A stretch of DNA of 64,000 bases from positions 106,832 through 170,831 of the forward strand of contig OZ253485.1 of NCBI GenBank assembly GCA_965261935.1. Direction: 5' to 3'. The notes beneath the pieces were generated by a model. That model saw only the letters and a program-made list of their open reading frames with translations, did not search any database and was not told the DNA's origin. Positions within the stretch are counted from its first letter, which is position 1; the number at the start of each line of letters is the position of its first letter. Source of the DNA: Dehalococcoidia bacterium. GTDB taxonomy: Bacteria > Chloroflexota > Dehalococcoidia > Lucifugimonadales > G963668185. A program made the translations under genes and the position numbers. This document shows positions 53,180 through 63,120 of this stretch, piece by piece.

Positions 53180-54388
53180 CTAGAGGCCCGCGTCGGCTCT
53201 GATTGCTTCGGCCCTGGAGGTCTGCTCCCATGGCAACTCAATGTCCGAGCGGCCGAAATGCCCGTAGGCTGCGGTCTGCTTGTACAACGGCCTCCTTAGG
53301 CCAAGGTCGCGAATGATTGCGCCGGGCCTCAGGTCGAAGTGCTTGTTCACAAGCTCCACGATCCGGTCATCCGGGATATGGTTGGTCCCGAACGTTTCGA
53401 CGGATACCGAAATTGGTTGGGCGACGCCGATAGCGTAGGAGAGCTGGACTTCGGCGCGGTCCGCCACTCCGGCGGCTACCAGGTTCTTTGCCACCCATCG
53501 AGCGGCGTATGTGGCGGACCGGTCTACCTTCGTCGGGTCTTTGCCTGAGAATGCGCCTCCGCCGTGCCTTGCTGCTCCTCCATACGTGTCCACGATGATC
53601 TTGCGGCCCGTCAGACCCGAGTCACCGACCGGCCCACCTATGACGAAGCGGCCGGAGGGATTGACCTCGAACCGGGTGTTCTCGTCCAGCAGGTGCTCAG
53701 GCACCACCGACTTGGCCGCCATTTCGATGAGGTCGGCCCTGATCTGGTCCTGATCCACGTCCGCACTGTGCTGCGTGCTCATGATTACTGTATGCACGCG
53801 TTTGGGCTCGCCGTGGCTGTACTCGACGGTGACCTGTGACTTTCCGTCCGGCCTCAGGTAAGGGAGGGTGCCGTTCTTGCGCAACTCAGACATGCGTCGG
53901 CAAATCTCGTGCGAAAGGTGAATCGGCAGGGGCATGAGGTCGGGCGTCTCGTTGCACGCAAAGCCGACCATCATTCCTTGGTCGCCCGCTCCCAGGCTTT
54001 CGGCGTCGTCGGCCTCGTCGCTGCCTCTGGCCTCAAGGGCAGTGGACACACCGGCCGATATGTCTGGCGATTGCTTGTCCAGGGCAACCTGGACTCCGCA
54101 AGTATTGCCGTCGAACCCGAATGCCGGGTTGTTGTACCCGATGCCGTTGATCGTGTCCCTGACCAAACTGGGAATGTCCACGATGGCCTTCGTGGTGATT
54201 TCACCCATCACCATAACAAGCCCGGTGGTACAGCACACCTCACAGGCCACGCGCGACATTGGGTCCTGTTCAAGCATGGAGTCCAATATTGCGTCCGAAA
54301 TCTGGTCGCAAATCTTGTCCGGGTGACCCTCTGTTACCGACTCTGAGGTCAACAGATAAGACTTGGACTCCATGAAGCTGACTGGCAT
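53180..54388 (-). CDS. metK: S-adenosylmethionine synthetase
   Basis: [52 protein letters not shown] signatures. Confidence 0.95.
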   Translation of the reverse strand: MPVSFMESKSYLLTSESVTEGHPDKICDQISDAILDSMLEQDPMSRVACEVCCTTGLVMVMGEITTKAIVDIPSLVRDTINGIGYNNPAFGFDGNTCGVQVALDKQSPDISAGVSTALEARGSDEADDAESLGAGDQGMMVGFACNETPDLMPLPIHLSHEICRRMSELRKNGTLPYLRPDGKSQVTVEYSHGEPKRVHTVIMSTQHSADVDQDQIRADLIEMAAKSVVPEHLLDENTRFEVNPSGRFVIGGPVGDSGLTGRKIIVDTYGGAARHGGGAFSGKDPTKVDRSATYAARWVAKNLVAAGVADRAEVQLSYAIGVAQPISVSVETFGTNHIPDDRIVELVNKHFDLRPGAIIRDLGLRRPLYKQTAAYGHFGRSDIELPWEQTSRAEAIRADAGL

Positions 54389-54495
54389 GTGTTTGCCCTC
54401 CTCGCGTTTTTCGATTGTGTTGTTTGGGCGTGATTTCTACAGGAACGCGGGCTGCTCTTGTCTTGCGGCGGCCGACGTCCCGATGGTGCCTTCTG

Positions 54496-55764
54496 CTAGG
54501 TGCCCAGGTCCCAACTGGCTAGATACTTGTCCTGTTCCGCGGTCAGATCGTCGATGTTTAACCCCATGGAAATCAGCTTGAGCCTTCCGACTTCCCGGTC
54601 AATGTCTTTCGGCACGGATATGACCTGCGGGCCCATCCCTTCTCCGTGCTTGGCGAGATATTCCACGGACAGAGCCTGGTTCGCAAAGCTCATGTCCATC
54701 ACTGCCGAGGGGTGGCCGTCTCCGGCCGCGAGATTAATGAGGCGGCCCTCACCTAGCAGGTGGATCCTGCGGCCGTCCTTCAGCCGGTACTCGTCCACCA
54801 TCGGACGCACGCGGCTCTTGGACTCGCTCATCTCCTCAAGCGACTCGATGTCGATCTCCACGTCGAAGTGGCCGCTGTTAGCAAGCATGACGCCGTCCTT
54901 CAGCGCCTCAAAGTGTGTCCGCCCTACGGCATGGTATCCGCCGGTCAGGGTAATGACGACGTCGGCGATCTTCGACGCCTCCATCATGGGCATGACTCGA
55001 TGGCCGTCCATCACGGCCTCGAGCGCCCTGATCGGGTCGACCTCGGTAACGATTGTGTGGGCCCCGAGTCCGGCTGCCCGAGAGGCTACGCCGCGGCCGC
55101 ACCACCCGTAGCCGCACACAACCACGTTTTTGCCCGCCCACAGCACGTTTGTGGCTCGTGTGATGCCGTCTATCGTGCTCTGGCCGGTGCCGTACCTGTT
55201 GTCGAAGAAGTGTTTGGTGTCTGCGTCGTTTACGGCGATGATCGGGTACTTGAGCCTTCCTTCTTTGTGCAGACTCTCGAGCCTGATGACGCCCGTGGTC
55301 GTCTCTTCGCAGCCCCCGATGATGTCGCCGATCTGAGAGGACCTGCTCGTGTGCAGGACAGCCGTCAGGTCCGCGCCATCGTCCATGGTGATCTGGGGAT
55401 GGTAGTCGAGAACTTCGTTGATGTGGCTGTAATACGTATCGTTGTCCTCGCCGGTGATCGCGTAGGTCGGTATGCCGTACTCCGCGATTAGGGCTGCGGC
55501 CACCTCGTCCTGCGTGCTGAGCGGGTTGCTGGCGCAGGCAACAACTTCGGCGCCTGCGTCGCGCATGTTGATCAGAAGGTTCGCGGTCTCAGAAGTAATG
55601 TGCAGGCAGGCGGCCACTGTCATCCCGTCCAGCGGTCTCTCTTTGGCGAAACGCTCCCTGATCTGGAGCAGGACCTGCATATCGTTCGCTGCCCACTCGA
55701 TCTTGTTTACGCCGTCCTTCGCCATCGCCAGGTCTCTGACATCTCCCTTGGTAGAAGTCGTCAA
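54496..55764 (-). CDS. ahcY: Adenosylhomocysteinase
   Basis: Full-length 422 aa with SCNPLSTQDEVAAAL-type (here ACASNPLSTQDEVAAAL), GYGWCGRG and DGHPSAVMDMSFANQ signatures. Confidence 0.95.
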   Translation of the reverse strand: MTTSTKGDVRDLAMAKDGVNKIEWAANDMQVLLQIRERFAKERPLDGMTVAACLHITSETANLLINMRDAGAEVVACASNPLSTQDEVAAALIAEYGIPTYAITGEDNDTYYSHINEVLDYHPQITMDDGADLTAVLHTSRSSQIGDIIGGCEETTTGVIRLESLHKEGRLKYPIIAVNDADTKHFFDNRYGTGQSTIDGITRATNVLWAGKNVVVCGYGWCGRGVASRAAGLGAHTIVTEVDPIRALEAVMDGHRVMPMMEASKIADVVITLTGGYHAVGRTHFEALKDGVMLANSGHFDVEIDIESLEEMSESKSRVRPMVDEYRLKDGRRIHLLGEGRLINLAAGDGHPSAVMDMSFANQALSVEYLAKHGEGMGPQVISVPKDIDREVGRLKLISMGLNIDDLTAEQDKYLASWDLGT

Positions 55765-56011
55765 TCTCTCCTCCTCAAATTGCTCGTGTCTAGATGCCGC
55801 GTTCTTAACGGCCTTACGTTATCTACTATTCAATCCGGACGGCCATCAAGGATATGTTCAACGTCCTTCTTGCGTCCAGAATTGTCGCCGGCGCTCAAGG
55901 CTGTTTCGAAACCGTACGCCTGCTCGGGCATGCGAGCATCCACACCGTGACAGCCTTCAGCCATCTCAATCTCAGGAACAAAGGGAGGGTACTCTAAGCT
56001 GTGCTTCACGG

Positions 56012-56947
56012 CTAAGGAAGGGATTCATCCTTGCCGAGGGGCTCGAAATTGGTAAGGTCTGCGAACGCCCGGAATCTGTTCTCGATCTGCTCCTTTGTGA
56101 GCGCTGACGTCTTCTCCAGGCTGAATGCCTCTACGCAGAACGAGCCCATGACGGAGCCGAGGACTGTGGCCCTTCGCAAGCCTCGGGAACTGATGTCTCC
56201 CGTTGCGGCCATGTAGCCCATGAAGCCACCGGCGAATGAGTCTCCGGCGCCGGTCGGGTCCACGACCGTTTCCAGCGGAAACGCCGGCGCGACAAAGATT
56301 GAACTCTCGTGAAACAGGAGAACGCCGTGTTCGCCTCGCTTTATCAGCAGGGTGTGAGGTCCCAGCGCCGTGATCTCGCGGGCTGCGTGTAGCAGGTTCC
56401 CTTCGCCGGAGAACATCCGTGCCTCCGTCTCGTCAATGAAGAGCACGTCTACGGCCTCTACCACCTTGCTGAGAGCGCTCTTGTTCCCCTCAATCCAGAA
56501 ATTCATCGTGTCAAGCGCCACGAGCCGGGGCCTCTCTTTCATCTGGTTGAGCACGTCGAGCTGAAGCTCGGGGTCGATGTTAGCCAGAAAAAGATAGGGC
56601 TGACTGCGGTGGTTCTCACTCAGCTTGGGGCTGAAGTCGGCGAATACATTCAACTGGGTATCGAGGGTCTCACGGCTATTGACGTCTTCCAGGTCGTACA
56701 CGCCTGACCATCTGAAAGTCTTGCCCGATGCGTGTTCCAGCCCAGCAGTGTCGACATTGTGGTCTCGCAACAGACCCTCGTCAGAAGACCGAAAGTCCTC
56801 GCCCACGACCGCGATTAGGCTTACGTCCGAGAAGTAGCTGGCAGCTACCGAAAAGTACGTGGCCGACCCTCCGAGCGCGTCGGTTCTACTCCCGGCCCCG
56901 GTCCTAACCGAGTCGTATGCGACGGAACCCACTACAAGAAGTGACAT
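56012..56947 (-). CDS. PfkB/ribokinase-family kinase (adenosine-kinase-like by context)
   Basis: VDPTGAGDSFAGGF motif and N-terminal GG dipeptide region. Substrate is inferred only from its position next to ahcY and the MTA phosphorylase. Confidence 0.7.
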   Translation of the reverse strand: MSLLVVGSVAYDSVRTGAGSRTDALGGSATYFSVAASYFSDVSLIAVVGEDFRSSDEGLLRDHNVDTAGLEHASGKTFRWSGVYDLEDVNSRETLDTQLNVFADFSPKLSENHRSQPYLFLANIDPELQLDVLNQMKERPRLVALDTMNFWIEGNKSALSKVVEAVDVLFIDETEARMFSGEGNLLHAAREITALGPHTLLIKRGEHGVLLFHESSIFVAPAFPLETVVDPTGAGDSFAGGFMGYMAATGDISSRGLRRATVLGSVMGSFCVEAFSLEKTSALTKEQIENRFRAFADLTNFEPLGKDESLP

Positions 56948-57003
56948 GGCAATCCTTTTATCAGAAGAGGTCGAAGAAGCTCAGAGTCAGGCCCGTCAGG
57001 ATT

Positions 57004-57357
57004 CTACAACTCGTCGCCGTAGCTGGTGGGGTAGCCTTTCTCGATCCACACGCTCGTGCCGTCTTCTACGTTGAACAGCGACTCGGAGTCGAATCCCATC
57101 GCTGCTGCCATCTCGCAGGCAAGCCCACTTCGGACACCCTGGGCGCAGATGAACACAAGTCGCTTGTCTGTTGGCAGTTCCCCAATTCGGGCCAGAATAT
57201 CGTCCACGGTGATGAACAGGGCGTCCTTTACGTGACCTTCGCGGTACTCGTCGTCCCTACGAACATCGACAAAAGTGACGTCTTCTTGCTTGTACATCGC
57301 CTCGGCTTCGTCGATGTCAATACGGTAGTACGGCTCGCCCGGCTGTTGCCTGGGCAT
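57004..57357 (-). CDS. Rhodanese-domain protein
   Basis: LVFICAQGVRSGLA active-site loop (C-x4-R-S); 117 aa. Confidence 0.8.
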   Translation of the reverse strand: MPRQQPGEPYYRIDIDEAEAMYKQEDVTFVDVRRDDEYREGHVKDALFITVDDILARIGELPTDKRLVFICAQGVRSGLACEMAAAMGFDSESLFNVEDGTSVWIEKGYPTSYGDEL

Positions 57358-57375
57358 AGTAGGACCTCCGCTGTT

Positions 57376-58239
57376 CTACTCAAGATAGCGCCCTGCTATG
57401 GGCGCAAGGGTTGCTTTGATTTCGTCCGAAATGACGTCGGGTCTCGTTATGATAGCACTACGCAACGCCGATTCGCAGGCGCACGTCCTGGTTGCGGATA
57501 GAGTAGGGATGAGCCTTGCGGCAATGCGTTGAGCTGCGGCAACGCTGCGGTGCAGATTCTCCACTACCACCTCCACGGACACATCCTTCTCGGTCTCGTG
57601 CCAGCAATCGTAGTCGGTGACCAGAGCTAGCGTCGCGTAGCATACCTCCGCCTCTCTTGCCAGCCTGGCCTCCGGCAAGGCGGTCATGCCAATGATGCTG
57701 GCTCCCCACGATCGGAAAAGCTCCGACTCGGCCCTCGTTGAGAACTGCGGTCCCTCAATAACCACTAGTGTTCCACCCCGGTGGACGGCGGGTGTCTCGT
57801 TCTCGGCCGCGTCGGCCAACTTGGCCGAAAGGTCGTGGCAGTAAGGGTTGGCCATTCCCACGTGGGCCACAATCCCATCCTCGAAGAAGCTGCTCGGCCT
57901 TCCTCTGGTTCTGTCTATTAGCTGGTCCGGGACAACTGCGTCCAGGGGATGCATGTGTTCCTTGAGACTGCCAACGGCGCTTATGGATACGATGCGTTGC
58001 ACTCCCAGCAACCGCATGGCGTACACATTGGCCCTTGCGGGGACCTCAGACGGCGAAAGACGGTGTCCCGCGCCGTGACGTTGTAGGAATGCCACCTTCT
58101 CGCCGCCAATGACACCCAACGTAACGTCTGAGCTTGGAGGTCCGTACGGAGTGTCAATGGCCAGAGTCCGGGGGTCTTCAATGCCCTCCATCTCCGCGAA
58201 TCCGGAGCCTCCAAAGAAAGCTAGGGTAGCTTCACTCAA
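57376..58239 (-). CDS. mtnP: S-methyl-5'-thioadenosine phosphorylase
   Basis: FFGGSGF...TPYG.PS......G..V.FL.RHG.GH...P.....RAN..A...LGV..I...SAVGSL, typical of MTAP/PNP family 2. Confidence 0.85.
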   Translation of the reverse strand: MSEATLAFFGGSGFAEMEGIEDPRTLAIDTPYGPPSSDVTLGVIGGEKVAFLQRHGAGHRLSPSEVPARANVYAMRLLGVQRIVSISAVGSLKEHMHPLDAVVPDQLIDRTRGRPSSFFEDGIVAHVGMANPYCHDLSAKLADAAENETPAVHRGGTLVVIEGPQFSTRAESELFRSWGASIIGMTALPEARLAREAEVCYATLALVTDYDCWHETEKDVSVEVVVENLHRSVAAAQRIAARLIPTLSATRTCACESALRSAIITRPDVISDEIKATLAPIAGRYLE

Positions 58240-58426
58240 AGCAAGTGCTGCACGGGGCGTTGAAGATGAATATCACGGCGGATCCTGCATTGTTGCCTGC
58301 TTGCGGCCCGTCAGCCGGGAATTGTGGCACTGCGTCGAAAACAGTGTCAACCGTTTGATGCGACCCCACCGAAACGTTCGATTGCTTAGTAGAGGCGATT
58401 CAGCCGGAAGCGGTCAACTGCCGTGC

Positions 58427-59083
58427 TCAAATCCCGACTATCCTCACCGCTGAGTGGACTTTGTAGATCCTGTTGATGTTCAAGAGCAACGCGGTGAAGT
58501 CCTCCACGTACCGCGAGTTGCAAAGTCGCCCGCCGTCGATGGCGCGTAGTCCCGGTACATCTTCGGCAAGGGTCATTACGTTCCGCTTGGCATCTCCGGC
58601 GTCGGCGCATACGATCACGTCAGAGTCCACCGGGCGCTCGCCGCGAAGCAGGTCCCTTGCGCTGATTGTCTGAAACGCCGCAACCACCTTCGACTCCGGC
58701 AGTATTCGTTGAGCCTGTTCAGCGGCGGAGCCCTCGGGGACGCGTATGGCACCCGGATGGCCGCCGGTGAACTCTAGCGGCGCAACGACGCTGACAACAG
58801 TCTTGCCCATCAACGGCGCCCGGAGAGATTCCAATGTGGTGACCATTGCGCCGTAAGGCACCACGACAAAGGCAATTTCAGCGTCCAGGGCGGACCTCCT
58901 GTTCGCCGCGCCGGCAATCTCGGCAGAAGGCGCCCTTTCCAATATGGAGTCGGAGGCCTCCGTAGCTCGGCTCACATCTCTGGAGCCGATTATTACGGAG
59001 TGCCCTGCGAGCGCGAATCGGAGCGCCAGCCCCCGGCCTTCAGGACCAGTGCCTCCGATGAACCCCAAAACCCTTTTACTCAT
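58427..59083 (-). CDS. NADPH-dependent F420 reductase-like protein
   Basis: MSKRVLGFIGGTGPEGRGLALRFALAGHSVIIGSRD Rossmann N-terminus, characteristic of NpdG/FNO. The start at ATG 59083 is preferred. Confidence 0.65.
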   Translation of the reverse strand: MSKRVLGFIGGTGPEGRGLALRFALAGHSVIIGSRDVSRATEASDSILERAPSAEIAGAANRRSALDAEIAFVVVPYGAMVTTLESLRAPLMGKTVVSVVAPLEFTGGHPGAIRVPEGSAAEQAQRILPESKVVAAFQTISARDLLRGERPVDSDVIVCADAGDAKRNVMTLAEDVPGLRAIDGGRLCNSRYVEDFTALLLNINRIYKVHSAVRIVGI

Positions 59084-59217
59084 TGGCGGTAATCTAGCGT
59101 CTCTGGGCGTACTCAGCAACTTGCTGCGGGCAGATTCCCTGTTTCTATGCGCATTGCGTGCGGTTGCTGCGGTTCACTACAATGTGGCCAACTTGCAGAC
59201 CCTAGGAGTGCAGCGCT

Positions 59218-61272
59218 ATGCCCGCAGTCCCGAAGGACAAGATTCGTAACGTCGTACTTTTGTCACACGGCGGTGCGGGCAAGACCTTGCTTACGGAAGC
59301 GCTGCTGTACACAGCTGGAGCCGTTACCAGGATTGGCACGCCTGAGAACGGCAATACCACATCCGACTACGAGCCTGAGGAGATCAAGCGCTCAAACAGC
59401 GTACAGGCTACTGTGCTTCCGTTGAATTGGCGCGACCACAAGATAAACCTGATCGACACGCCAGGCTACGCGGACTACCGGGGCGAAGTCGTGTCAAGCG
59501 CTCGAGTCGCGGACGCTGCCATCCTTGTGATTTCGGGACCTGCGGGAGTGGAGGTCGGCTCCACGCAGATGTGGAACATGGCCGTCGAGCTAGATCATCC
59601 AAGGATCGTGTTCGTCAGCAAGCTGGACAGGGATAATGCCGACTTTGGACGTGTGGTGGATTCGCTTGAGCAGGCGTTCGGCCGCCATGTTGTGCCGGTT
59701 CAGGTGCCAATCGGATCGGAGGCCGACTTCTCCGGAGTTGTAAGCCTGCTCGGAGACCAGAGCGACGTGCCCGATGAACTCAGCGACGATGTCGAGGCTG
59801 CGAAAGATCGTCTTGTTGAGGCTATTGCCGAAACCGACGACGACCTGGCGACGAAGTACCTGGAGGGGGAGCCTCTAACCGAGTCGGAACTGATCGAGGG
59901 CCTTAAGAAGGGCGTCGCCTCCGGCGAGATTGTGCCCCTCTTGGCAGGTAGTTCACCCAGCGCCATTGGCGCCTCCGAACTCCTGGACGCGATAGTGGAC
60001 TTCCTACCCTCGGCGGGTGAGAGTGCGTCGGAAGAGGCCAAGGGCCCTGAGGGGGGCGAGAACGTATCGCTGGATGGGGACCCTGCTGGGCCTCTGGCGG
60101 CATTGGTGTTCAAGACAACTGCCGACCCGTTCGTGGGCAGGCTGTCGCTTTTCAGAGTGTACAACGGGACCCTAAAGAGCGACTCGCAGCTATGGAATGC
60201 CACGGCCAGGGAGGCCGAACGCGTTGGACAGGTATTTGTCACCATGGGCAAGGAGCAGCATCCGGTCGACGAACTGGGTCCAGGCGATGTCGGAGCAGCG
60301 CCCAAGCTCTCTTCGGTTCTGACAGGCCACACTCTTTCAACGCGTGACAATCCCTTGGTGTTGGAGGAGATCACCTTCCCTAGTCCCGTGTACCAAATGG
60401 CGGTGTCCCCAAAGTCGCAAGCAGACTTGGATAAGCTGACGGGCGCGCTGTCCCGGATCGCGGAGGAGGACCCCAGCCTGAAGGTGACGCGATCGCCGGA
60501 AACCCAGGAGTTGCTGCTCGCAGGTCTTGGCGATAACCATGTCGAGGTCGCCGTCGAAAAAATGGCCAGGAAGTTCGGAGTCGAAATCGTCCTTAATATG
60601 CCCAAAGTGCCCTATAGGGAGACGATCAACGCCACGACCAGAGTTGAGTACAGGCACAAGAAGCAGTCAGGAGGCCATGGACAGTTCGGTCACGTCTGGC
60701 TTGAGATTGGACCCCAAGGCAGGGGCGATGGCTTCGATTTCGCATCAACCGTTGTGGGCGGTTCCGTGCCCAGAGAGTACATACCTGCAGTGGAAAAGGG
60801 CGTTGTGAAGGCCATGGACTCGGGTGTAGTAGCAGGTTACCCCGTAGTGGACCTTAAAGCCGTGCTCTTCGATGGCAGCTTCCACCCGGTGGACTCCTCA
60901 GGCATCTGCTTCGAGATCGCAGGTGGGCAAGCGCTCTCCAAGGGCATGAAAGAGGCTGTGCCCGTGCTGCTCGAACCGGTCATGCGGGCTAAGATCGTCG
61001 TCCCGGACGAATACGCTGGCGATGTGATGGGCGACTTCAACAGCAGGCGCGGACGTATCCAGGGCATGACCCCGAAAGGTGACGGCACAACGGAGATTGA
61101 GGCTGAGATCCCACAGGCTGAGATGCTGCGTTATGCCACGGACCTGAGGTCGCAAACGCAAGGGCAGGGTACCTTCACCACGGAGTTTGACCACTACGAT
61201 GAGGTGCCGGGTCACCTTGTACCCAAGATCGTCGAGGAGACCGAGCGGGCCAAGGCGGAGGCGCGCTCCTGA
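59218..61272 (+). CDS. Elongation factor G paralog (EF-G-like GTPase)
   Basis: NVVLLSHGGAGKTLLTEAL (G1), DTPGYADY (G3), SKLD (G4) and five-domain length (684 aa). G1 differs from the canonical AHIDAGKT of primary EF-G. Confidence 0.8.
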   Translation: MPAVPKDKIRNVVLLSHGGAGKTLLTEALLYTAGAVTRIGTPENGNTTSDYEPEEIKRSNSVQATVLPLNWRDHKINLIDTPGYADYRGEVVSSARVADAAILVISGPAGVEVGSTQMWNMAVELDHPRIVFVSKLDRDNADFGRVVDSLEQAFGRHVVPVQVPIGSEADFSGVVSLLGDQSDVPDELSDDVEAAKDRLVEAIAETDDDLATKYLEGEPLTESELIEGLKKGVASGEIVPLLAGSSPSAIGASELLDAIVDFLPSAGESASEEAKGPEGGENVSLDGDPAGPLAALVFKTTADPFVGRLSLFRVYNGTLKSDSQLWNATAREAERVGQVFVTMGKEQHPVDELGPGDVGAAPKLSSVLTGHTLSTRDNPLVLEEITFPSPVYQMAVSPKSQADLDKLTGALSRIAEEDPSLKVTRSPETQELLLAGLGDNHVEVAVEKMARKFGVEIVLNMPKVPYRETINATTRVEYRHKKQSGGHGQFGHVWLEIGPQGRGDGFDFASTVVGGSVPREYIPAVEKGVVKAMDSGVVAGYPVVDLKAVLFDGSFHPVDSSGICFEIAGGQALSKGMKEAVPVLLEPVMRAKIVVPDEYAGDVMGDFNSRRGRIQGMTPKGDGTTEIEAEIPQAEMLRYATDLRSQTQGQGTFTTEFDHYDEVPGHLVPKIVEETERAKAEARS

Positions 61273-61300
61273 CGTCCCTCGGCGAGTCGGTGCTTGCATA

Positions 61301-62224
61301 GTGGCTAAGCGTACGGGCAGCAAGCTGATGAGCGCTGCCGAGGCGGTAGGCCGGTTCGTCTTCGATGGCGCCATCGTCGGAATGGGCGGTCAGAGCATCG
61401 GGCGGAACAGCATGGCCCTTGCCCACGAGATTGTCAGGCAAGGTAAGAAGGATCTTACCCTGGTCGGCTGTAACTTGGCCCTCTCAATGGACTTGCTCGT
61501 TGGAGCAGGCCTCGTCCGCCGTACTGAATGCGGCACTGGTAACTTGGAGCGCTTCGGCACGGCTTTCCGGTGGCGCAGGGCTATCGAAGAAGGTCGGCTG
61601 GAGGTGAGGGACTATAGCCATTTGGCAATGGCGTCACGGTTTCTTGCCGCGTCCCTTGGCCTTCCTTTCATGCCGTCCAAAAGCCTGCTTGGCACGGACA
61701 ATCTGAACAAGAAGTCCTTCTGTGGCGAAAGACCATTCGAGATAGTTGATAATCCGTGGAACCCGGGAGACCCTGTTGTTCTCCTTCCGGCTTTGTCACC
61801 CGACGTCTCGATAGTCCACGCTCAGAAGGCGGACGAGATGGGCAATGTGGTTGTGGAGGGATTTACGACCCAGGAGCCGGAGATGATGAAGGCATCCAAG
61901 GCTGTCATCGTAAGCTGCGAGCAGGTGATAAGCACCGATGAAATCAGGCGAGACCCGGACCGCACTACCGTGCCCTACCTGTTCGTGGACGCCGTGATCG
62001 AGCAACCGTGGGGTGGATACCCTACTTCAGTCTACAAGTATTATGAGGTTGACTCGGAGCATCTCTCGATGTACCAGTCGATCGCCAGAAGAGGCGGCGA
62101 AGAATACCAGTCTTACTTGAACGACTATGTCAGGGACTGCGCAGAATTCGACGAACATCTTGAAAAGGCCGCGGGTGTCGCTAAGCTCAACCGGCTGCGG
62201 ACGCTCATGGCGAGGCTAGTTTGA
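61301..62224 (+). CDS. CoA-transferase subunit A (glutaconate/3-oxoacid CoA-transferase family)
   Basis: SAAEAVGRFVFDGAIVGMGG. The GTG at 61301 (or the ATG at 61328) is preferred, because the listed 61187 start overlaps the EF-G gene. Confidence 0.8.
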   Translation: MAKRTGSKLMSAAEAVGRFVFDGAIVGMGGQSIGRNSMALAHEIVRQGKKDLTLVGCNLALSMDLLVGAGLVRRTECGTGNLERFGTAFRWRRAIEEGRLEVRDYSHLAMASRFLAASLGLPFMPSKSLLGTDNLNKKSFCGERPFEIVDNPWNPGDPVVLLPALSPDVSIVHAQKADEMGNVVVEGFTTQEPEMMKASKAVIVSCEQVISTDEIRRDPDRTTVPYLFVDAVIEQPWGGYPTSVYKYYEVDSEHLSMYQSIARRGGEEYQSYLNDYVRDCAEFDEHLEKAAGVAKLNRLRTLMARLV

Positions 62225-62304
62225 CACGTGAAGGCTGCGCGCTTTTTCCAGTAGGCTGACGAAGTGCCTGGCCTGAGCGCAGCGGAAAGATCGGGACGGG
62301 GTGA

Positions 62305-63093
62305 ATGATCGCAATGACGGTAGACTTTCAGCTCGATGAACTGATGGTGGTGGAAGCCGCGCGTCACATCGGCGACGGCGACATCGTAATGGTCGGGACC
62401 GGTTTGCCGTTCGCTGCCGCATTCTTGGCACAGAAGAACCACGCTCCGAACATGTGCTATGTAGTGGAGACTGGTTCGATCGCGCCGCAGCTTCTTCCTA
62501 CTCCCACATCGGTCTCGGACGCGCGCGTAATGTATCGTGCCGTCAAGCTCGGCGGATTGGTGGACACCCTCGGAGGCGTGTTGCAGCGAGGTCTCGCGGA
62601 CGTGGCCTTCCTGGGTGGAGCGCAGATCGACGAGTTCGCGAATGTAAACTCAACCGTAATTGGCGACTACCTCAGTCCCAAAGTACGGTTTCCTGGCAGC
62701 GGAGGCGCTAACGACCTCGCTTCCCACGCCCATAAGATACTCATAATCACGCGTCACGAGAAGCGCAGGTTCCCCAAACGGTGCGACTTCATCACTAGCC
62801 CCGGGTACATTGACGGGCCTGATGGTCGACGGAACGCTGGACTCCCTACACCGTATCCGGACATTGTCGTAATCACGGACCGGTGCGTGATGGCAGTTGA
62901 TAAGTCCACAGGTCGCTTGAGCATCCAAAAGCTGATGCCCGGAGTAACGCTTGATGAGGTCATTGAGAACACCGGCTTCAAGCCTGAGTCGGCCGCCGGA
63001 CTGGGAACGGTCGACCAGCCGTCTGAAGCAGAATTGCATTTGTTGAGGGAAGAGGTCGACCCGGACCGCGTGTATCTGTCGGCTCCGGACTAG
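62305..63093 (+). CDS. CoA-transferase subunit B
   Basis: ELMVVEAARHIGDGDIVMVGTGLP and GSGGANDL motifs. Confidence 0.8.
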   Translation: MIAMTVDFQLDELMVVEAARHIGDGDIVMVGTGLPFAAAFLAQKNHAPNMCYVVETGSIAPQLLPTPTSVSDARVMYRAVKLGGLVDTLGGVLQRGLADVAFLGGAQIDEFANVNSTVIGDYLSPKVRFPGSGGANDLASHAHKILIITRHEKRRFPKRCDFITSPGYIDGPDGRRNAGLPTPYPDIVVITDRCVMAVDKSTGRLSIQKLMPGVTLDEVIENTGFKPESAAGLGTVDQPSEAELHLLREEVDPDRVYLSAPD

Positions 63094-63120
63094 CTATGCA
63101 CAATGGTCAATAGAGGCAGT

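Noticed and set aside
54389-56011. SAM or SAH riboswitches upstream of metK (54389-54495) and ahcY (55765-56011)
   Set aside because: Reading the minus strand, I could not find the conserved cores. There is no SAM-I four-way junction consensus. A GAGCGCCGGCGAC segment lacks the matching downstream GGCGCUCA pairing partner on the same strand. An Infernal scan would be needed to be definitive.
61187-61300. Listed start of the CoA-transferase A ORF at 61187, implying an 86-nt overlap with the EF-G gene
   Set aside because: The upstream extension is Arg/Pro-rich read-through of the EF-G 3' end. GTG 61301 or ATG 61328, after the EF-G stop, give the family-typical N-terminus.
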